From NCBI GenBank assembly GCA_037133375.1, contig JBAXOF010000001.1:4724-68723 (forward strand): a stretch of 64,000 nt of DNA, read 5' to 3'. Of this stretch, positions 57,269 through 64,000 are shown in pieces. A program made the position numbers and the translations under genes. The notes beneath the pieces are model-generated. The model was given only the letters and a program-made list of their open reading frames with translations. It had not been told where the DNA came from and searched no databases. Source of the DNA: Verrucomicrobiota bacterium (GTDB lineage: Bacteria > Verrucomicrobiota > Verrucomicrobiia > Verrucomicrobiales > Akkermansiaceae). Each line of letters opens with the position of its first letter. Position 1 is the stretch's first letter.

Positions 57269-58246
57269 ATGATCGACTTGGGATATCAGTTTGCCGGCAG
57301 GGCGCTGCATCGTGCTGCCAGAGTCATCCGGAGGATCGGAAGAATGGCGGGTGTCGCCGTGCCTCCAGGCGGGATGCCGCACCGGGATTTCTACTCGATT
57401 GCGATTTATACGGGATGCTCGCCGTTTGATCTGGCATCGGCCAATGCGACAAGCAATCCGGTGCTGTCGGGCAAGGATGTCACCGATGTCGCGGCGGTGT
57501 ATGTGGCCGACCCGTTCATGATCCGGGTGGACGACTGCTGGCACATGTTTTTTGAAATCCTCCGGAAGGATGTTGTCAAGGGCGTTATCGGTCTGGCCAC
57601 CAGCCGCGATGGCAGGGCATGGGAGTATCAACAGGTGGTTCTGGAAGAGCCGTTCCATCTATCATACCCATGTGTCTTTGAATCCGATGGCGACTACTTC
57701 ATGATTCCTGAATCCAACCAGGCGGGTGCGGTGCGCCTCTATAAGGCCGTGCATTTCCCCACGCGCTGGTCATGGATGGGCAATCTTATCGAACATGTTG
57801 AATACGTTGACTGCACGCCCTTCCAGTTCAATGGCAAGTGGTGGCTGTTTGCAGGGTGCGGGGCACCGCCATTGTTGGCCGATACGCTGCGCTTGTTTCA
57901 CTCTGAGAGGTTGACAGGGCCCTGGATAGAGCATCCGGCTAGCCCTGTCATTTCCAACAATCCACACCTCGCCAGGCCGGGAGGACGGGTGGTGATCTGG
58001 CAGAACCGGTTGTTGCGATTTGTGCAGGATTGTTCACCCCATTATGGCCAGAAGGTTCACGCCGTTGAGATCATCGAGTTAACTGAGACACGCTATCGCG
58101 AGCGATTGGCGACACCCGAACCGATTCTCAAGGCTTCTCGGCAGCGCTGGAACTCATCCGGAATGCATCATCTGGACCCGCATCCCGCTGAAGGTGGCGG
58201 CTGCATCGCCTGTGTTGACGGTTGGTATTGGGGGCCGGTTGATTGA
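57269..58246 (+). CDS. Five-bladed beta-propeller protein (glucosamine-inositolphosphorylceramide transferase N-terminal-like / GH43-clan-like)
   Basis: YVADPF, MFFE, EEPFHLSYP, YFMIPES, VDCTPF, EHPASP, ARPGG, HHLD. Confidence 0.75.
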   Translation: MIDLGYQFAGRALHRAARVIRRIGRMAGVAVPPGGMPHRDFYSIAIYTGCSPFDLASANATSNPVLSGKDVTDVAAVYVADPFMIRVDDCWHMFFEILRKDVVKGVIGLATSRDGRAWEYQQVVLEEPFHLSYPCVFESDGDYFMIPESNQAGAVRLYKAVHFPTRWSWMGNLIEHVEYVDCTPFQFNGKWWLFAGCGAPPLLADTLRLFHSERLTGPWIEHPASPVISNNPHLARPGGRVVIWQNRLLRFVQDCSPHYGQKVHAVEIIELTETRYRERLATPEPILKASRQRWNSSGMHHLDPHPAEGGGCIACVDGWYWGPVD

Positions 58247-58254
58247 TGAATGTC

Positions 58255-58356
58255 CTGATAGCCAAGTGCGATTGAAAAATCCGTGGCATCACCGGTGCGC
58301 CGGTCGAAATTTCCGGGCACGCCGTTGCGACAACTGAAAATGCGTTTGGCTATCAG
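58255..58356. repeat. 11-bp perfect inverted repeat enclosing the intergenic region before the MBOAT gene
   Basis: CTGATAGCCAA (58255-58265) and TTGGCTATCAG (58346-58356); extends to 16 bp with G-U pairs; internal hairpins ACCGG-TGCG-CCGGT and GTTG-CGA-CAAC. Confidence 0.8.
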
Positions 58357-58359
58357 ATC

Positions 58360-59898
58360 ATGCTGTTCACTTCCTGGGCATTCATCTTGTGTTATCTGCC
58401 ACTCACGGCGGGCGTTTTCTTTGTGTTGCCCGCACGCTGGCGGACGGCGCGCAAGATCTGGCTCGCTTTGGCATCGTTGTTCTTTTACGGTTGGTGGAAG
58501 GTGGAATTTGTTCCCCTCCTGTTGACGTCGATCGGAGTGAATTATTCGCTAGCGGAATGGATTTCCCGCCGGGGCGGCATGCCCAACGGTCGCTGGTTAG
58601 TCGTCACCGCCGTGGCTCTCAACCTTGGTACCCTCGGTTTCTATAAATACACCAACTTTCTGCTCCAAAGTTGGGGTTGGCTCACTTGCCATGAGACACC
58701 GGGCTTGCACATCGTTCTGCCCTTGGCGATTTCCTTCTACACCTTCACCCAGATCGGCTACGTGGTGGATGTGGCCCGCGACCCTCGCCTACATTATCGC
58801 TTTCTCGATTATGCCCTGTTTGTGTTGTTATTTCCGCACCTCATTGCAGGCCCGATCGTGCGGCATTGGGAAATCATCCCGCAGTATGTTGAAAGACACC
58901 TGCGCGTCACACGGGCAGACCTCGGCGCCGGATTGGCCTTGTTCTTGTTGGGGCTTTACAAAAAGACGCTGCTTGCCGATCCGGTCGCGGTCTATGCGGA
59001 TGCTATTTACGGACAGGCGGCCGCGGGCCACCCGCTAACATGGTTTGCCGCATGGGTCGGCACCTTGGCTTATGCCCTGCAAATCTACTTCGACTTCTCC
59101 GGTTACTCTGACATGGCGATCGGGCTGGCGCGGATGTTCACGATTCGGTTTCCCGCCAACTTCGATTCGCCCTATCAGGCGGTTAACATCGCCGAGTTCT
59201 GGCGCCGCTGGCACATGAGTCTGACCCGGTTCCTGCGTGAGTATGTGTATTACCCGATGGGCGGCAACCGCCGCGGGTTCGCAATCCAAATGCGGAATGT
59301 GCTCATCACCTTCCTGCTCAGCGGCATCTGGCACGGGGCGGGATGGACGTTCGTTATTTGGGGTGCCATGCATGGTTGCTACCTCGCCGTATTTGTAGTC
59401 TGGGAGCGCATCAAGCAGCGTGTGGGATGGACTTTGCAAGCGCGGCCGTGGCGGTTGGCTGGCATAGCGTTGACGTTCTTCGCGGTGATGCTCACCTGGG
59501 TTTTCTTCCGCTCGCCCACGGTGGAGGTGGCTTTCCGAACTGTCTCAACCATGCTCGGTGCGCAGGGCTTTACGGTTCCCGAAAATGTCCTGCAAATGGC
59601 TGGTGACATGCCATGGCTGCGCCATTTCTTCCATGGCATTATCGCCCCAAAGGTGGTGGATACCTGGAGTCTCACGCTGCTGCACCTCTGCATCCTGCTA
59701 GGCGCGGTCTGGTGGCTTCCCAACACCCAGCAATTGTTGTCCGACTACGAGATGGTGCTGGATGGTACCCGATGTCCATCACGCTTGAAACTGCGCCTGG
59801 GCGCTGCCGTTGGGTTTGTTTTGGGGGCCTTGCTGATGCTCTTCGTGTATACGCGCTACAATGCCGGAGTTAGTCCGTTTATTTATTTTAACTTTTGA
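58360..59898 (+). CDS. MBOAT O-acyltransferase (AlgI/DltB/PatA-like)
   Basis: LPLAISFYTF, FPHLIAGPI, QIYFDFSGYSDMAIG, EFWRRWHMSL, GIWHGA (catalytic His), PFIYFNF. Confidence 0.95.
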   Translation: MLFTSWAFILCYLPLTAGVFFVLPARWRTARKIWLALASLFFYGWWKVEFVPLLLTSIGVNYSLAEWISRRGGMPNGRWLVVTAVALNLGTLGFYKYTNFLLQSWGWLTCHETPGLHIVLPLAISFYTFTQIGYVVDVARDPRLHYRFLDYALFVLLFPHLIAGPIVRHWEIIPQYVERHLRVTRADLGAGLALFLLGLYKKTLLADPVAVYADAIYGQAAAGHPLTWFAAWVGTLAYALQIYFDFSGYSDMAIGLARMFTIRFPANFDSPYQAVNIAEFWRRWHMSLTRFLREYVYYPMGGNRRGFAIQMRNVLITFLLSGIWHGAGWTFVIWGAMHGCYLAVFVVWERIKQRVGWTLQARPWRLAGIALTFFAVMLTWVFFRSPTVEVAFRTVSTMLGAQGFTVPENVLQMAGDMPWLRHFFHGIIAPKVVDTWSLTLLHLCILLGAVWWLPNTQQLLSDYEMVLDGTRCPSRLKLRLGAAVGFVLGALLMLFVYTRYNAGVSPFIYFNF

Positions 59899-59904
59899 GC
59901 CACC

Positions 59905-60924
59905 ATGCATTGCACCCGGAGATTTTTCATTGCGCTGCCGCTGGGTTTTCTGGTGATGCTGGGTTTGTATATGTTCGCTGTCCGCCTGCAACTGGGGTCT
60001 CCCACCGCCATGTCCCATTGGTGCTCCGAAATCAACCGCAAGAAGCTGGATGCAGCCACCCAGATATCCTCACCAAAAATTGTTCTGTTAGGAGGGTCAG
60101 CCACATTGTTTGGCATCAAGGCTTCGCTGCTCGAACAGGAACTCGGCGTGCCCACCCTCAATGCCGCCACCCATGCCGCCCTGGGCATGGCCTATCTGCT
60201 CGAGAACGGGAAGCATGCCCTCCGGCCCGGCGACACCGTCATCCTCGTACCCGAGTTTGAAATCCTGGATTACGGCGAGGCCAAGCGCAGTGTCTGGGCC
60301 AGTTCCATGTATGTGGATTATATCCTGGCTCGCGATCCCGACTACTATCGGAAGCTCTCCCTCAGCGATCAGATCGAAATCGCTTTGATGATGCCTCTCA
60401 AACGGTTGGTCACAGGGCTGGCCGGCAGAGACAAGCCCGAACCGACGATCCGCTATGCAGCCTATGATGCCTACGATCCGGCCAGGGTGGATGCGCACGG
60501 GGACATGACCGGTCACACCGCACAGCGGCGGCCTGCGGCCTGCCCACCACGCGATGAGCGCGTGTGCGAGCCGCTGGTTTCCGGGTTGCCAGCTAACGCG
60601 TCAGGCCTGCCGCTGCTGGTCGGGTTCTGCCGGTGGGCGACAGAGAACCGGATCCGGGTTTTGGCAGGCTTTCCTAACACGGCCGACCAACCATGCTACG
60701 ACACGCCATGCGCGATTGCGCTGGAAACGCGGTTGCGCGAGTTCTTTGCCGCGCAGGGAGTTCCGCTCATCGGCAGTCTCCATGATGCGTTGATGCCACC
60801 GGCCGAATTCTTTGATAGCAACTATCACCCTACCGAGGAGGCTTCCGTGCAGCGAACCATCCGGTTAGCGGCACAACTCAAGCCATGGTTCGCGGCCAGC
60901 GGCAAGTCGTCACCACCAAGATGA
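59905..60924 (+). CDS. SGNH-like periplasmic partner of MBOAT (AlgJ/PatB/DltD-like)
   Basis: N-terminal anchor; LGGSAT (GxS); FDSNYHPT (DxxH); starts 7 nt after the MBOAT gene. Confidence 0.75.
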   Translation: MHCTRRFFIALPLGFLVMLGLYMFAVRLQLGSPTAMSHWCSEINRKKLDAATQISSPKIVLLGGSATLFGIKASLLEQELGVPTLNAATHAALGMAYLLENGKHALRPGDTVILVPEFEILDYGEAKRSVWASSMYVDYILARDPDYYRKLSLSDQIEIALMMPLKRLVTGLAGRDKPEPTIRYAAYDAYDPARVDAHGDMTGHTAQRRPAACPPRDERVCEPLVSGLPANASGLPLLVGFCRWATENRIRVLAGFPNTADQPCYDTPCAIALETRLREFFAAQGVPLIGSLHDALMPPAEFFDSNYHPTEEASVQRTIRLAAQLKPWFAASGKSSPPR

Positions 60925-60986
60925 ATCCTTGGGCTTTTGCCGTGGTTTAGGACACGCCTCACAACCCTTTGAACTACCCTGCACCA

Positions 60987-61760
60987 ATGAAACCCGTTGA
61001 ACTTCTGCCAATGCCGGCGAGAAAGGCATATCGTAGGATCCGCCGCTTCTTGCGTGCCCGCATTCCCTGGTTGATGCAGCCGCCTCCGCCTGGCTATGCG
61101 AGATTCCACCCGTGGCGATCGGTTCATCCGATCCGCCGCAACTTTGGCTGGGACACCGGTGGCCAATGTGTGGATCGGTATTATATCGAAGGCTTTTTGG
61201 ACCGGAACAGGGATGTGATCCGCGGGCGCGTGCTTGAGGTCGCAGAAAACTCCTACACAAGGCGCTTCGGCGGCAGCCAAGTCACCCACTCCGACATCCT
61301 TCATGTCGTCGAGGGGACCCCGAATGCCACGATCATCGGCGATCTCGCCACAGGTGCCGGCCTGCCGGACGATTCCTTTGACTGCATCATCCTCACCCAA
61401 GTGCTGTTTTGCATATATGATCTGCGCGCGGTGGTCAACACGCTGCGCCGGATTCTCATGCCCGGCGGCGTCGTCCTGATTACCGAACCGGGAATTTCCC
61501 AAATTGCCCGCTATGACATGGAGCAATGGGGCGACTGCTGGCGCTTCACCTCGTGCTCGGCGACGAAGCTGTTCACGGAGGTGTTCCCCCAAGACCACGT
61601 CGAGGTGGAAACCCGCGGCAACATTCTTTCATCTGTCGCCTTCCTTCACGGGTTGCTTGCGACGGAACTTTCCCCTGCGGAACTCGACCATCAGGATCCC
61701 GATTACCAGATGTGTGTTTTCATCAAGGCGAGGAAACCCTTGTTCCGTCAGGATTCGTGA
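60987..61760 (+). CDS. Class I SAM-dependent methyltransferase
   Basis: FGWDTGGQCVDRYYIEGFL, GRVLEVAE, SFDCIILTQVL, LMPGGVVLITEPG. Confidence 0.88.
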   Translation: MKPVELLPMPARKAYRRIRRFLRARIPWLMQPPPPGYARFHPWRSVHPIRRNFGWDTGGQCVDRYYIEGFLDRNRDVIRGRVLEVAENSYTRRFGGSQVTHSDILHVVEGTPNATIIGDLATGAGLPDDSFDCIILTQVLFCIYDLRAVVNTLRRILMPGGVVLITEPGISQIARYDMEQWGDCWRFTSCSATKLFTEVFPQDHVEVETRGNILSSVAFLHGLLATELSPAELDHQDPDYQMCVFIKARKPLFRQDS

Positions 61761-61866
61761 ATTTCCTCTGAGTATATGTTAGTAAGGATTTGATTCCGCG
61801 TATCGGCAGTTATTTGGCACCTGTTGAGTGACGACGGATGGCGGTCCAACCTGATTCTTATGTCTT

Positions 61867-64000
61867 ATGAACACTCTAAATCATATCCGGAAACTATTGC
61901 TAGCAGGGATTGCGGCATGGGGTGGTTCCGCGGCTTGCAATGCGCAGGTTATACCACCGGTGCGAATCATGCCGTTAGGTGACTCGATCACTGCGGGATT
62001 TGTCAACGACGCCAACACCATTGAAGGCGGCTACAGAAGGAACCTGTACTCCATATTGTTTACACATGGATTCAACGTCGATTTCGTGGGCACTCTCGCG
62101 GATGTCAAGCCGCAGATTCCTGATCCGGACCACGAGGGGCACGGCGGTTATCTCATCGAGGACATGCTGGCCGGTATCGACTCCTGGCTGGGTCAAATCG
62201 ACGACCCGGATGTGATTCTGGTTCACGCGGGAACAACCAATTTCTGGGTTGGCGAAAGTCTTTCGGTGACGCAGAATCATCTGAAAGATCTTCTCGCCGA
62301 GCTTGCGACGCGGCGACCCTTTGCGAAAATCATAGTTGCCAGCCTGATCTTGCGGACCGATTTCTATGAGAGCATTCAATTGTTATATAATGCATCTCTT
62401 CCCGGGATTGTCAGCGATCAAGTGGCGATGGGCCGGCAGGTTTACTTTGTGGATATGCACAGTGTGTTGGTGGCTTCGGATCTCGCCGATGGCGTTCACC
62501 CGACACTTGGCGGCTATGACAAGATGGGGGCCCGGTGGGTGACCGCCGTCAACAGCGTGATCACCCCGCTGGGAACCACCGATTCTCCTGCAATTGCTGC
62601 TGTTGATGCCACGCAGGACTTGAATCATGTCACGGTGAAATTCAGCAAGCCGATCAGGGAACAGGACGTGGTTCCTGGCAACTTCTCGTTGAGTGGCGGT
62701 TTGGCGGTGTTGGATATGTCTCTGGACTCGTTGTCCAAGCGAATCGTCACGATTCATACGAGCCCGCAAGCGCTTGGCACCGTTTATACATTGTCGGTGA
62801 CGGGAGTCCGTGACAGGACCCCGGCCGCGACGGCAATCATGCCTGGATCGACGATTGCCTTTACCTCGCTCGGGCCCCTTGTCAATGGCGGCTTCGAGGC
62901 GGGCACTCCGGCCGATTACGGGACGTTGGACGGGTGGACGCTAACAGGCACCTCCCAGCCTGTTGGATTCACCAGCACGCCTGCCGGTTTCACCCCGGTG
63001 TTCACGCCGCATGAAGGGCACCGCATGGCGGTCTTCAGCAGCGGCAGCAATGATTTCAGCGGAAGCATGTCGCAAAAGTTCTCCACCACGCCGGGACGGG
63101 TTTACGTGCTGTCGTTGGATCTGGGGATTGTCGCTGGCGTGAGCGGGAAAAGGCAACGCCTGCAGGTATCGGTTGCGGCCGGCACCACCCTGGTGTCCCA
63201 GCGGGAGGAGATCACCGCCGCCGGCGCATTCAGTTCCTGGGTCCCGAAGAGTTATACCTTTGTTGCCGACAGCACGGCGACGACGCTGACGCTGAGCGAT
63301 GCATCGGCGTCCCTGTCGCTATCCCAGTCGCGTGACACCGACATGTTGCTGGATCACGTGCAGGTGACGGAAGAAGTTTCGCTTGCGGTCAATTCGTCGC
63401 CATCAGCCGGAGTGAATGTGACGGTGAGCCCGGTGGATGCGACCGGCAACAGCAACGGCACCACCGGATTCACCCGCTATTACAATCCCGGCCAGCAGGT
63501 GACTCTAACGGCTCCCGCGAGTGCGGGCACCCTGCCGTTTGCCGCATGGAAAGAAAACGGGGTGACTTATGCGAGCAGCGCTACCACCACGGTGACGCTC
63601 AACACCAGTCGCACGCTCACGGCGGTGTATGCGGCAAGCACCCTGCCGGTGGCCATTGCCGATGCCTACACCACCACTCAGAACGTTCCCTTGGTGGTGC
63701 CGCCACCCGGAGTGCTCGCCAATGACACCGATCCCAAGAGTCTTCCTCTGACTGCGGTTCTCAATGCCGCACCGACCTCCGGTGTCCTCGGCTTGAGTGC
63801 AAATGGCAGCTTCACCTACACCCCGGTCACCGGCTTCAGCGGGACGGATTCGTTCACCTATCACGCCAGCAATGGCACCGACTCATCCGGCGTGGTCACG
63901 GTTTCAATCACGGTCCATCCGGTCGGTGGCCTCGCCAATGGCGGCTTCGAGTCGGGGGTTCCGGCCGATTACGGGACGTTGGACGGGTGGACGCTAACAG
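61867..64000 (+). CDS. Large secreted modular protein: SGNH (CE3-like) esterase + Ig-like + DUF642/CBM-like + beta-repeat + cadherin-like, then a repeated CBM-like module; runs off the window
   Basis: Manual translation from ATG 61867: signal MNTLNHIRKLLLAGIAAWGGSAACNA-Q; IMPLGDSIT; HEGHGGY; DGVHP; Ig-like VTVKFSKP; LVNGGFE...DHVQV; GVLANDTD...NGSFTYTP; LANGGFE again at about 63930. No in-frame stop seen. Confidence 0.88.
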   Translation, partial: MNTLNHIRKLLLAGIAAWGGSAACNAQVIPPVRIMPLGDSITAGFVNDANTIEGGYRRNLYSILFTHGFNVDFVGTLADVKPQIPDPDHEGHGGYLIEDMLAGIDSWLGQIDDPDVILVHAGTTNFWVGESLSVTQNHLKDLLAELATRRPFAKIIVASLILRTDFYESIQLLYNASLPGIVSDQVAMGRQVYFVDMHSVLVASDLADGVHPTLGGYDKMGARWVTAVNSVITPLGTTDSPAIAAVDATQDLNHVTVKFSKPIREQDVVPGNFSLSGGLAVLDMSLDSLSKRIVTIHTSPQALGTVYTLSVTGVRDRTPAATAIMPGSTIAFTSLGPLVNGGFEAGTPADYGTLDGWTLTGTSQPVGFTSTPAGFTPVFTPHEGHRMAVFSSGSNDFSGSMSQKFSTTPGRVYVLSLDLGIVAGVSGKRQRLQVSVAAGTTLVSQREEITAAGAFSSWVPKSYTFVADSTATTLTLSDASASLSLSQSRDTDMLLDHVQVTEEVSLAVNSSPSAGVNVTVSPVDATGNSNGTTGFTRYYNPGQQVTLTAPASAGTLPFAAWKENGVTYASSATTTVTLNTSRTLTAVYAASTLPVAIADAYTTTQNVPLVVPPPGVLANDTDPKSLPLTAVLNAAPTSGVLGLSANGSFTYTPVTGFSGTDSFTYHASNGTDSSGVVTVSITVHPVGGLANGGFESGVPADYGTLDGWTLT
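62883..64000 (+). repeat. Intragenic direct repeat with 1053-nt (351-codon) offset
   Basis: 62907-62947 is identical to 63960-64000 (41 nt); caatggcggcttcgag at 62883-62898 and 63936-63951. Confidence 0.9.

Larger units (their letters stand above)
1210..63999. repeat. Dispersed, over-represented hexamer TGTTAG/CTAACA
   Basis: About 54 copies by manual count, 29 of them in 10214-26662; see findings. Confidence 0.75.

Noticed and set aside
624-61866. Sigma54 -24/-12 promoters as targets of the NtrC-type activator (inspected 624-760, 9641-9789, 29715-30460, 61761-61866)
   Set aside because: TGGCAC-like hits (29928, 61815) lack GC at the correct GG-N10-GC spacing.
1-64000. CRISPR arrays, tRNA/rRNA genes, transposases, prophage or defence genes
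   Set aside because: No regularly spaced repeats, RNA gene signatures or relevant protein motifs were seen by eye.

Overview
GC-rich (about 60%) bacterial chromosome segment. The secreted-protein tails and gene set suggest Verrucomicrobiota (inference). It has three blocks. (1) 1-9.6 kb: a minus-strand signalling operon of four hybrid histidine kinases built from a duplicated two-gene cassette, then an orphan membrane gene and a sigma54 (NtrC-type) activator cut by the window edge. (2) 9.8-27 kb: core genes (APC permease, Ste24/M48 protease, SDR, SSS symporter, kdgK, Ser/Thr kinase, CPBP protease, thiL, xerC-type recombinase, L,D-transpeptidase, U32 protein, thyA, folA, NA37 nucleoid protein). 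(3) 27-64 kb: a large surface-glycan locus with an OM beta-barrel, two priming transferases, an amino-sugar trio, a catalytically degenerate Wzc, a Wzy/ligase-family protein plus Wzm/Wzt, five SAM methyltransferase domains, a WcaK+FrhB pair, MBOAT/SGNH acylation genes and three secreted modular proteins. No rRNA, tRNA, CRISPR array or transposase was recognised. The most unusual signal is at DNA level. The hexamer TGTTAG/CTAACA occurs about 54 times by manual count, roughly every 0.6 kb in core genes, in all frames and both orientations, via rare synonymous codons, and it is sparser in the accessory blocks. Other highlights: abrupt G-rich/C-rich patches inside single genes, a REC-DHp protein with a dead ATPase domain (candidate ChpT-like phosphotransferase), and a hybrid ABC-plus-Wzy/Wzc glycan export locus with no Wzx or Wza in view. 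All counts and coordinates were made by eye; no database searches were run.
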